Assembly: GCA_051362555.1 (NCBI GenBank)
Contig: CM120642.1
Coordinates: 25,544,001 to 25,608,000, forward strand
Direction: 5' to 3'
Length of the DNA: 64,000 nt
DNA from: Lingula anatina
Lineage: Eukaryota > Animalia > Brachiopoda
Shown: positions 52,777-64,000 of the stretch, piece by piece
Numbering within the stretch: position 1 is the stretch's first letter
How the letters are laid out: each line of letters opens with the position of its first letter
Made by a program: the position numbers and the translations under genes
The notes under the pieces: model-generated
Databases searched by the model: none
The model's input: the letters and a program-made list of their open reading frames with translations, nothing else
Told to the model about the DNA's origin: nothing

Positions 52777-55700
52777 ATGGGCTCTCTAGCTATTAAGAAG
52801 CTATCCAGAAAGAAGTTAGACTTCCTCCTTAGGATATCTAGTCACTGTAGAATGTACAGCACAAGTGGAATGTGTGTGTTTGGAAAAGCAAGAACAAGTG
52901 GTATAAAATATTTGGAACATAACCAGCAGCACAGGTGTCTTTTAAGTGCATCAAAACAGTTGTCAGCTCATAATAGAACACATTCCAGTTCAAATGACAA
53001 ACTACATGGTTATTGTAATACACATTCAACATTTTGGAGAGACTTCTCACACCTATACCATCACAATAAAACCACTTCATTGGGACAAATATTATGTAAT
53101 AGACATTGGCATAACATAGGTGTTGATCCACATATGAAGACTGGCCTGATCATGAGAACACAACCCAGGGCGTTGGTGCCCATAGTCAAGGTCCCACAAT
53201 GTGCTGTTGGAACGACCCCTCCTCTAACAAAAAAGAAGCCACCAGGACAGCAGCAGCAGTCAAGAAGGTCTTTCACTCTCAGCCCACAAGGCATAGTTGA
53301 AGCTGCTCCATCAAATTTAAAGCCTTACCTGAGGCTTATTAGGTTGGATAGGCCTATTGGTGAGTTGAGATGTGTAGGGTCTAATTTTGTACTGTGTTCT
53401 GTACTTTATTTTGCCTACTGAATCTTAGCTTAATTTTTCTGACACAATTAAAATTTGTATTTTTGTTAAAATAAAACTGCTATCCCTTTATTTAACATTT
53501 TGTACGTATATCAATTTTAGAAGTGATAGTGTATTTTTTGATAGCACCTTAGAGAAGATTTGGTGATTCATGTGAAATTAGAGGACAGTTGGCTAATCAT
53601 TGAGTATTGCTAATTCATGCATAATTAAGTCTGGACATCAATATAGCAAGTGAAGACTTATTTTAATAATTTAACTTTTTTCTTTAGGGACTTGGTTGTT
53701 GTTTTGGCCTTGTACGTGGAGTATAGGACTGGCTGCTGAGGCAGGGCACCTCCCTGACCCCACCATGCTGGCATTGTTTGGCCTGGGCTCCTTTCTGATG
53801 AGGGGCGCTGGCTGTATCATCAATGACATGTGGGACAAGGATTTTGATAAGATGGTATGTAATCAGGAAGGCTGGAAAGGTATCGGTAAATTTGCATGAT
53901 CATGTTTACGATATATGTGTAAAGAAAATTTCCATTTGCTTCACATGTTTGCGACATATGATGATTTTGGCAAACTCAAATTGATTCAATTTAATCAATA
54001 CATGCAAGTGCATGACTAAGTGCAACAGAAGTTGAGTGGCAAAATACATGTTAATATTGAATATAAGTTAATGCAATTTTATATGAGCATTCTTTATAAG
54101 AGAGTAAAATATAAAGCTTAGTTAATATGTAGTTATACAGATAAATATTATTATAGTTACAAGATAGCACTGCAACATAGTACAGTGATAATAATGTTTT
54201 TATGCAGCCAAGATGTACATATTTTTATTTATTTTGCATTTTGAGGTGAAGAAGGCAAAAGAAGAACTTGCCATGCTCTAAAACTGCATTTTCAGGTCAG
54301 TAGTGATGTTAACGTTCTTGTATTGATGTTAATTATATATTACCTTTGGTAGGTGGAAAGAACAAAAGACAGACCACTGGCATGTGGAGAACTGAACTTC
54401 TACCAGGCCTTGGGCTGCCTTGCATTGAATTTATCAGGGTCTCTGGCAATTCTCCTTACTTTTAATTGGTACAGGTAAATGATTTTTTTTTATCTCACAT
54501 TTTATATATTTTTTGTTCAAATGTCATGCAATCCTTGTGTCATTAGGGTGTTATTGGTGCTTCTGTTTCATTTATCAACTTGATGGAAACTGAAAAGACA
54601 TTTACATAAACTGTTATCACCAAAGTACAGCTTAAGCAGCCCATATTTGTATTATAATATAGTTAGCTTCAGTGTGTTAATTTATTTTATTTTTGTCTGT
54701 TGGAATCTTACAGCATTGCCCTGGGTGCCAGCTCTTTACTTTTAGTAGTCACTTATCCATTGATGAAGAGAGTCACATTCTGGCCACAGCTGTTTCTGGG
54801 TAAGTTCATATCCCTCAAATCTTTATATTTTTAAAAAATTCATTAACAGACTGGATTCAGTAGCAGTCGTATCATTTTGTAGAAATTGGCTCTTTGTTAC
54901 TTTTTATCCCAATGTTGACACACGTTTTTGAAACTAATTTCTCTTATTCTAGTAAGAGTACAGTCCTAAAAACACCAAGGGCAATATTGTTGAATCTCAT
55001 TTGAAAAGCATCAAATAAAAACAAAAATGATAAATCTTGAAATAATGCAGAGTAAATGATATTTCTGAGTAAGTGAAGAAATATCTATAGTGTTGGGATA
55101 TGAAAACATAAAAATATTCCTGAATTACAATGTGTTTTGTCCTTTTTTGTCCTTCTTTAATTTTTTTTCAAATTTTTGTCCAATTATTCAGCTGTTTGGC
55201 TAAAAATGGTCTTAGAGTGAACTCTCACATGTTATATATGTAATAGAGATGATGACGTAGCTAAAATTGTATTTATTTATGAAATTTTTATATGTTATTG
55301 ATCTTGAGTAGCCTTTTTCCAGTTAAACATTTTATGTTAAACGACACTGATTATAATGATAATTTTTAAGTAGCATTCATTTACAAATATGACCACAAAT
55401 TATTGCTAAAGATTGCACATTTAAAATACATGCTAAATACATCGTCAAGATTACCACTTGATTCATGAATTTGTGTTCTGCATATATTAGTTGTTTTGCT
55501 GGTTTTTTTGTTGTAGGTCTGACTTTAAACTGGGGTGTGCTTATTGCTTGGTCAGCAATCCATGGTCAGTTGGAACTGCCCAGTGTCCTGCTGTACTCCG
55601 CATGTACACTCTACACTATGATCTATGATACAATTTATTCTCATCAGGTTCGAAAAGAGAGATGATGAAGTACCCAGATATATATATATATGCCCTGAAC

Positions 55701-58700
55701 AATTCTTTGCCTTTACACTCTCTGCTTATTTATTTTCTGCAGTGTTTGTGATGCATGAACAAAGCCTATTTGGACAAGGAAAGGACCAGTGATATGGCCT
55801 CCTTCCCAAATAGATCTTTATTTTGGATTTGCAAGAAGGTTCTAATAAAATTAGGATTGCTCACTTGGTCTTGAAAGTTCAAAGTTTTTGAAAGATTAAC
55901 TTTAGAGAGCTGTTGCTTCCATTTCATCAGCTTTGTTCACATTGTTATTGTTGATGTACATCTGTCATTGTTGACTTCATTAAAATAATTTACCATACAG
56001 AGTAGGCTTTTCGTGTGGGTAGTTCAGCTTTTTGTAGAAACATTGCAGAGAATAAATTTCACTTGACAGTTTTTATATAGCTGCTACTTATATCATAGAC
56101 CTGTTGTAATGTCAGTGGTCGTTCTGAATTCATTTCTGGAAATAACCATGCTTCTTATAATAGTTAATTTTTATGCGATGCTCTCTGATCTAAACAGTAT
56201 TGTAGTATATGAGTGAATTTCCAGAAAATGAACAAGAACAGCTGTTGTCGTGTTTGTACAAAGTGGGGTCCATTTATGTTATAGTTGTATGCTTTGCAGG
56301 AAAGGGCTTATTTCAGCATTCATGGCTGATGATGAATGATGGATTTTATTTTGCTCTCTTGCTTTTAATTGGCATTTGCATAGTGGTCTTGCCACTTGAT
56401 GTTGTATGTCACCTCCTTATACATGCCCCCAAAATAAGACCTGGTTGTAAGGATAGTGTAAAATGCCACAGTGGTATATAAATTTTTTTACCCTTATTTT
56501 TTCACTATGATGGACATGCAGTCATTTAAAACTGGATTCATACTTTTCAATTTTTTTTCAAGACCCAGCACCAGCTAGGATTTTACCTTGTTCAAGTGAA
56601 GTCTGCCCCACATTATGTCTCCCCCCAAAAGTAATATTCAGTAAGAAAGAAAAATAATGTGTCCTACTGTTTTGTCTTGTATTAAATGACCATTCCAGCA
56701 GCATCTGGTTGACCCAGAACAACAAACAGGGACCACTTCAGGAAACTTTCCCTCAGACTTTTATGCCTCATACTGGGTGCGGATATGTGAAACCACTGCA
56801 TTGACTTAACATGCTTTTTTCTCTCAACTTTCTGTTGGTAGGGTTGACTTTCAACTGGGGTGCCATTTTGGGGTGGGCTGCGATTCACGGAAATAGTGAC
56901 TGGAGCGTTGTTCTCCCCCTCTATATATCCGGCATAGCATGGACTTTAATGTACGACACCATCTACGCACACCAAGTATGTATAGTGTTTCTGGGAAAAT
57001 CAAAGCTTAGATTCCATGTAGTGGATAAATAGCTGTAGACCACATGTTAGAATCCAGTTGTAATTCTGAGTGTAAATTAGTTGTTGTCACTACTCAGACC
57101 ATCCTGTTTCTTTTGCTGTAAATTGTTACATTTTATGCTTTATATGTACGCATGTTTTAACTTGTGAAGGTTCAAGCTTGCTTACAGCTTACTGAAATTG
57201 AAGTTACAAGATTTTTACACTAAGTGCTGCCAGACTGTGGATGTTTTCATTGGAATAATAATCTTTTTAAATTAAGACTTTATTGATAGAAGAAGTACAT
57301 TTTACAAACAATACAGTATTTCTAATTGGGGCTGGGAGAGGGGGATTGGGGACCTACCTGAACGCAGTCAGTTTGAGACAGCCCCTCCCCCCTCTTACGA
57401 AGACCCTTTCATGTCTCATGCCATTATTTCTAATCCCAATTTTACTTAAAATCCTGAATCTCACATTTTTTTTTCTTAGTTGCAAAACTTAAGGACCATC
57501 TTGGTTGATGCCCATTGACTGTGATGCTACATCTTGATGTATGTCAAAACATGTCATTGCAGTTGACAGTGTCAAAATGAATAAGGCTAATTTAAAATGA
57601 TATATAGTGTTCTGTTGGAAAGGGTTCCAAGTGTTTGGCTATTTTGATAACATGTTAAAATACACCCTGTGGCACTTAACACATCTTTCCTCAGACAATT
57701 TTAAAACCGAAATAGCTCTACAATGTTTTTACTCTGTCCCAAAAGAATAAATTTGAAGTGACTGTGACATGCATTTCAATAAGATACCATTCTCATTTAT
57801 TTGCCTTGGCTTTATAAAAGAAGCACTTCTGTCTTTGCAAGCTTCTGGGTTATCCCCACAATTGATTTCACAATACTCAGCTATCAAAGTCAAAATGACC
57901 TGCTTTGACTCAATAAATCCTCATTTTAATTTTTTATCATCACATTCTGAGGACTCTGCTTTACCAATCTTCGTGTTACTTATTGAATACAATTAATTAA
58001 TGGTTTCTTATATAGTCATGATTTTGTCACCAATTATACATGTTCTTATTGCAATATGTCTTTTGGAATTTTTTAAAAGAAAAAATTAAAATTCATGAAT
58101 GTTTTGGTTAAAGAATCTGATTATGATATTTCAGTTTGTGTTTTTTTTTCATCTTGTCATCTCAGTTGATGCTGATTACTTTTTTCAAACTTATTGCATC
58201 ATAGTGCATTTAGGCATGGCTTCCATCACCACCGAAAAGACTAACCTGTAAACATACCCATTTCTTCCTTAGCTCCAAACTAATAACCAGAAGCAGCTAA
58301 CTAGAGCATGAAAAACAGTTTCAAAATGAAGAAAGACTTGTAGAAAATATTAAAAGGAACACCACTATATTGTATATTTAAATTTTTTTTAAAAGAATTT
58401 CATTTATGAAGATAAAATTTGTCAAAATGTTCCACTAAAATTTGAATAAAGTGTAAATGAATACTCTTATTACAACAAAAAAAAAATAAATAAATAAATA
58501 TCTCAATCTATTTTTCTTCACTTTTAATTTTAACCCAGGACAAAGAAGATGACCTGTTAATTGGAGTGAAGTCCACAGCTCTTAAGCTTGGAGATAGCAC
58601 CAAGCCATGGCTGACTGGTTTTAGCAGTGCAATGATAACTTGCCTCACCTTAACTGGTTATATGTGTGAACAAACCTGGCCTTACTATATTGGAGTAGGG

Positions 58701-59511
58701 GCTGTGGCCACTCACTTAGTACACCAGGTAGGAATTTTCCATTTAGTCATCAAATGTTGTAGGATTACCTACTTTAAAATGCACATAATGAGTGTTATAC
58801 CATGCATGCACATACACACACACACCACACACAGGACAATTTTAATTATCTCAGAAAATTCATCATTTCTCTCAATTTTTTTGATACCATACCCAAAACC
58901 ATTGTAAGAATTTTGATGCATAAAGCTATTTTTGAATTCCGAGTTTCTAGTTTTTTTTTTAATCACTGGTAATTTTGATAGAGACTGGTGAAGTTCACTC
59001 ATTATAGTTTAAAATAAAAACTTAGAACTCCAAACAAGTATTTGTGTTGTTATTTTTTCAATCTGTACCTGTTAGTAAAAAATTGAGCAAAAAGGGTATT
59101 CTGTGTCACAATGTAAACTATTTCAAAGATTTTCAGTAAAGGAAGCATTTGGGTATTAAAATCTTCTGCCTCCTCATTCACATATGTAAGCAACAATAAA
59201 AAATAAACACAAATATGATGTTTGAAACTTGGCCGACGATGGCCTCTTTCATTTAAAAGACCCTCTAATAGAATGAATGATGTTATTTAATAGATAGCAT
59301 TGACCAAACTTCATTTTGTTGTACTGATTGTTTTTGTCTGGTGTTTCAGATATACACAGTTGATTTGAACAACCCAGAAGACTGTGGGAAGAAGTTCCGC
59401 TCTAATAAGTGGCTCGGTGCCATCATGTTTGCTGGAGTGGTGGCTGGAACATTGCTCAAAGAGAAGGAAAATAAAGAAACAAAGTGTGACACCAAAATGA
59501 ATTCAGAGTAA
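52777..59511 (+). CDS. COQ2: 4-hydroxybenzoate polyprenyltransferase, mitochondrial (UbiA family), with a mutually exclusive exon pair
   Basis: Exons 52777-53359 ([13 protein letters not shown]), 53688-53854 ([17 protein letters not shown]), 54353-54474 ([10 protein letters not shown]), 54714-54799 ([12 protein letters not shown]), alternative 55517-55647 or 56842-56975 (YDTIY.HQ), 58539-58727 ([15 protein letters not shown]), 59350-59511. Start codon and non-coding exon 1 (donor near 51494) are inferred. Confidence 0.95.
55517..55647 (+). CDS. COQ2: COQ2 alternative exon, rhodoquinone-type ('e' isoform)
   Basis: [44 protein letters not shown]; AG/GT boundaries; Leu in LTLNWG and Ser in IYSHQ. 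Confidence 0.9.
56842..56975 (+). CDS. COQ2: COQ2 alternative exon, ubiquinone-type ('a' isoform)
   Basis: [45 protein letters not shown]; AG/GT boundaries; canonical Phe and Ala. Confidence 0.93.
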
Positions 59512-59943
59512 AGCCAAAGAGACTAGTAGAACTTTACATTTTATCACACTTTTCTGTTAAGTTTTTTTTATATTTAAGTAGAAAAATTACATGACATTGT
59601 GTTTCTACTATGAGTTGAATTAAAATAAAACTGGGACATTGCTCAAAAAGAAGGAAAAGAGAGAAATGGTGTCAGGAAAGAGAAAATATGACTTAGAACA
59701 AAAGAATTTGAAAAATTGATATGACTTAAGAGACTTGTAGGATGTAAATTTTGTTACATTTTTCATTTTGGTTGAAAATATTACCTTAATTCTAGTAAGC
59801 TTTGTGGGGAAGTCGTGAATTAGATGGCAACTTTTTATGCCTAAAAATAAACACTAATATTATATTCATTGTTTCGTTTTGTTCAGTGCTTGTTTCATAA
59901 TTCAGACACTGCAAGGGTCTTTATGTAATGGTTACAGGTACTT

Positions 59944-60400
59944 GTTGTACCACCAGCGTAGGTTTTAGTCCCAACCCGTCTGGTCTGCCATATCTGCCAG
60001 CTCCAACCCATTTTTCCTTCAAGACTACAAGAGCCTGCATACCTATCTCTTGGATTTAGGTCACATATAATCTCAACTCAATCCACGTAAATTTTGGGCT
60101 TTGTCGGTGCTCAGGTCTAGGTGTGGTGCTCATTGCAATGCTCCCTTGTCCAAAATTTGCTAAATTAAATGCTAAATGTCTCCCAAACCGAAGGAATTAT
60201 GGGAAAAATTACTATAGGTGGTTGACCCAAAGTCATATTTGGAAATTTCAAATATGCCCTTGGATTTGACCTTTGACCATTATTTCTAAGGTCAAACAGG
60301 TCAAAATTTTCTAAAAATGGGCATTTTTTTGTAAAAAAATATATGTATTTGCACTGATTTTTACAAACTACTGTACACAGACCTATACTACTATACAATA
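59944..60400 (-). mobile_element. Degraded inverted partial copy of the 3' part of the element at 32839-35150
   Basis: ggttttagtcccaacccgtct, atctcttggatttaggtcacatataa and atatgcccttggatttgacctttgacc are reverse complements of segments in 34650-35115. Confidence 0.8.
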
Positions 60401-62596
60401 TATTGCTCCATATGCCTTCATCAACAAATCAAGATTGTCAAATCTGTAAGTGGTGCATGATTGTGGATGGTAATGCATTGACATTAACATCCTCTTTGCT
60501 GATTATTAAAAAACCTGCAGGAAATACCTCTTCCCAATCTTGTCCTCCATTCCACCCCCCCACCCCCCCAATGTCCCTAACTTTCATTTTTGCATGCAGA
60601 TATACACAAGTAAAAGGAGAACATTGTGTATCCCTTTGCCTCGCTCCATATAACAGAATAAAATACCACATCTGCCATGTGATGTGAGTAGATATAGGAT
60701 ATACTAACTATGAACTGCATCATATGCCTCCAGCCATTGCTGTTTACACATTACTCCAACTTTGACATTCTCAGAGCCATATCATAGACAGCATTCATTG
60801 TACACAAGGGGGAGTCTAAGGAATGCTGTTGAAGCATCACCAGTGAACTTGGGTGTCTTTGCGTTTGATTGTATCATAAAATTTTTTTAAAATAAAATAA
60901 CGAGTCAGTGATTCATGCCCTCAGCTAAATACATAAAATGTGTTAGTTGTTTCCGTTATAGTGCTAATAATTAATAGCATTGAAACTTGACATGTTTCTA
61001 AATTAGATAAATAAATATAATTTGACTGTGTTAAACAACTAAGTTTTTAAACATTTTATTATTTTCAGAACTGCCCTTTAGTAATAACTGCTACCCTTGT
61101 ACCAGAGTTTCCTTGGCAAATTCATGTTTATCCCAATTAAAAGTGGGATTCAGCATTTGTAAGTATTTACTTAAATAAATTAAAGGACTTAACTTCTAAA
61201 CTTAAACAGTATGTATATATTGTGATATTGAAATAATAAGCATAAGCAACAGAGGCAGAGTCCTGGTATTATTGATGGGATGGGGAAAATGACATGGAAA
61301 TATGGAAACAGTTATTTTTGTTAGTAGTACTCAACATTTAACATAGTTATTTTTCACATTTCAAATATTTATTTGTCAGAAATGAAGAATTCTCATATGA
61401 CAGCATGTCAGTTGCAGTGAACAACAGGTACAAATACAATATTTTCATGCACAGAAGAAAATACTCCTAATTACACGAACATAAATGTGCATTGAAAAAA
61501 AAGGTGGACATTTGAGAATTTATATTATCACCTGATATTTAACAGTGATTGTCAGGTGTTTTTTTTAATAATGGTGACAATTACTGTATCCCATACAGCT
61601 TGACATTCTGAGTAATGGAATAATTACAAATGTGCTGACAATTTATCCCTAATATATTATATACCCTCTACATAGTGCAATGTATGGAGCACTCTCTGGT
61701 GACGTAGATGCCAAAAGTCCATTTATATATAATTTTGCAATCATAATTATTTTAGAAAATATGAGGATAATATGAATGCCTATAATATATACACTCACTG
61801 CATTCAATGACAATAGTATAATTCAGTTACAGGCTAAATATATTTACTAGTAATGTCATTCTGAATCATTAGAAACAAAATTCATTATAAAAACAACGCA
61901 GGAAAGAAAGGGATGTATCCAAAGGCCCTCAAGCCTCACCTCATTTTTTTGTGAAAAACAATTTGTTAAAGAAATGAAATTGCAATTGATCTTACTACTG
62001 TTTGCATTTAGTATTTGTTAAGGCCCATATATGCAGACATTGAGAAATTTTTGGAGATACTAAAGGTCGAGAGGAAAGGCACTACGAGAATTCTGCGGGT
62101 CCTCCCATATTTCTGTCCTAGCCCACATTAAATATTTTATCTATGTTTTTTTTTTTTTTTTTTTTGAAGAAGAATTGTATCTGTACATAAACTTTGCTTG
62201 TCATGAGTACCTATTATCAAAAGTCTTGTAGGACCTCTGGCATTTCAAGCACTCATGACCTGTCAGACTGACAGTTTCTCAATGTCTGCATGTGCAGGCA
62301 CACGCACATGCACTCACACACTCTCAAACACACACCACCCAAACTGTTTTGCCCTATAAATCATTATCAGTTCCATTTCCACTACGGCTGCACCGTTCTT
62401 TTTTAAGGATGCTACACTCACTATTCACCCTAATATGAAGAGCATGTATGCAAATGTACCAAAGTGTCACTCATTATCTAAAAATTATTCTTAGTAAATG
62501 TTAGTTCCTTTTTGATACCACCGCCTTGTCAGTGTTTTTCCCAGTCATGCCGCTTCAATTGCTGGATTTTTTACTTTAAACAAACAACTTTCATGT

Positions 62597-64000
62597 TCAA
62601 AGTACTGGCTGTAGTCTTTGCCTAACTGTCCTTACAACATCTCTGAGATCCGTAGCAAAAGCCTTGTTCATTAAGGTATAGAGGATAGGATTAATAGCAT
62701 TATTCAGGTAGAAAGCATGCATCAACAGTACTTTAAAAGCAATGTCAACAAATGTTTTCTCTGGCCAAAAATTTGGGTTTATCAGAGATGCAAATTTTAT
62801 TACCCAAAATGGTACCCATGATAATGCAAACACTAGTGTTACTAAGAACAAGACTTTTGCACCCTTGGGGGCTAACTGCTTTGGCTTATCTGGCCAGTTC
62901 CAAGCACTTGTTTTTTCATGTTCTTTGGCTGAATTATACCTTTTGCCAACCTTATCATCTAATCTGTCATTAGTTTTAATACTGACTGGGCTGTGACATT
63001 GAGGATGATTGCCATTTTTAATGCTGCTGCTATCCTGCTGATTAGTGCTTTCTTTCATGTTATAATTTTTCTGCTCTGTTGAGGTACCACTTTCTTGCTC
63101 AAGATTAACTATTTTTACATCATCAATAATTTCACAGTTTTCTTCACTCTTGTCATTGAAAAGCTCTGTTTTAGATTGATTTGCAAGGTGGCATTCACAA
63201 CAGACTAAAATCATTAAAGGAGTGTTCTTGTTAAGTTTTCTTGGTTTGTTTATGTCCTCTTCATGTTCACAAACTGTACTAGTAACCTTTTTGGCTTGGG
63301 TTTCTTCCATGGTAACCTCTGTTCTTGCTACAAATCTGGTTGATATGGAGTCAGAGTTTGAAGTTCCAGTGGAATAGCTTGAAGGGATATTTGCACCAAC
63401 ACTTTGTTTTTTAAAATCAACTTTTGTTTTCTGTGATCTTTTAGCCAATGGGCCAGACTTTGTCATAAATGCACTTATACTTCTGATAGGTTCAACTCTT
63501 CTATGACGGTCATGGATTGTTTTGGCAATCACCAAGTAAAGCACTGAAACTGTTACCACGGCAACACAAAACATAACAAGGACAACAGCACCAAACACAC
63601 CCTGACTGAGAGAACCTTGGTAAATGTCACTGTAATCACACAAATATCTTGTCACTGTATGGTTATACTTGCTGTATACTGGCTTCTGTTGCACAGTATG
63701 AACACCATAAAATTTCAGTAGGGGGATACTAAACAGTACCCCCACTGTGACAGCGGCTATGAGCATCCCCTTGGTTCTGTCAAAAGCATTGACAAACTTC
63801 AATGGCTGGCAAACGGCATAATATCTGTCCACTGCAACTGCCACTAGCACCAGTCCTTCTGATAACAAACTGGCGTGTATCAGAAATTCAAATATTTTAC
63901 ATAGAACCACATTGGTCTGGTTGTCCATATTGAAGAGTTTGGAAATTAAATATGGGTGAAGAAAAACACAGGCAAAAAGATCCAAAATGGCCAGAATGAA
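62597..64000 (-). CDS. Class A (rhodopsin-like) GPCR, probably a peptide receptor; 5'-truncated by the window edge
   Basis: TM2 DLF, TM3 CKIFEF...AVAVDRYYAVCQP, ECL2 Cys, TM5 Y, very long ICL3, TM6 SWVPF, TM7 NNAINPILY, helix 8 NKAF; no intron within the window. Confidence 0.9.
   Translation of the reverse strand, partial: FILAILDLFACVFLHPYLISKLFNMDNQTNVVLCKIFEFLIHASLLSEGLVLVAVAVDRYYAVCQPLKFVNAFDRTKGMLIAAVTVGVLFSIPLLKFYGVHTVQQKPVYSKYNHTVTRYLCDYSDIYQGSLSQGVFGAVVLVMFCVAVVTVSVLYLVIAKTIHDRHRRVEPIRSISAFMTKSGPLAKRSQKTKVDFKKQSVGANIPSSYSTGTSNSDSISTRFVARTEVTMEETQAKKVTSTVCEHEEDINKPRKLNKNTPLMILVCCECHLANQSKTELFNDKSEENCEIIDDVKIVNLEQESGTSTEQKNYNMKESTNQQDSSSIKNGNHPQCHSPVSIKTNDRLDDKVGKRYNSAKEHEKTSAWNWPDKPKQLAPKGAKVLFLVTLVFALSWVPFWVIKFASLINPNFWPEKTFVDIAFKVLLMHAFYLNNAINPILYTLMNKAFATDLRDVVRTVRQRLQPVL

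Noticed and set aside
55517-55647. Upstream COQ2 exon as a dead pseudo-exon
   Set aside because: Intact frame and splice sites, conserved NWG and YDTIY motifs, and both RQ-diagnostic residues argue for function.
55648-58538. Docking/selector RNA pairings controlling the COQ2 exon choice
   Set aside because: Only short matches (such as cagcatc/gatgctg) were visible by eye, which is expected by chance; needs folding and conservation analysis.

Overview
AT-rich, intron-containing animal genomic DNA, most consistent with a lophotrochozoan invertebrate (annelid/mollusc-type repeats and COQ2 exon layout; the species cannot be fixed from sequence). Left to right: a large, mostly disordered protein gene with an N-terminal HMG-box-like segment (-, runs off the left edge), head-to-head with CFAP97 (+); mitochondrial cysteinyl-tRNA synthetase CARS2 (-) head-to-head with an ING1/2 PHD-finger gene (+); an intronless ankyrin/6TM TRPV-like channel (+); GUF1 (-) head-to-head with COQ2 (+); and a class A GPCR (-) running off the right edge. 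Introns carry many non-autonomous DNA elements (Helentron/HINE-like, Harbinger-, hAT- and Kolobok-like MITEs). Highlights: COQ2 has a duplicated, mutually exclusive exon pair with the diagnostic Leu/Ser (rhodoquinone) versus Phe/Ala (ubiquinone) residues; ING intron 2 hides two paralogous frame-preserving cassette exons; and the large HMG-like protein carries an intron-split GILK + RVSW PP1-docking pair. Exon boundaries were read by eye and need RNA-seq confirmation.
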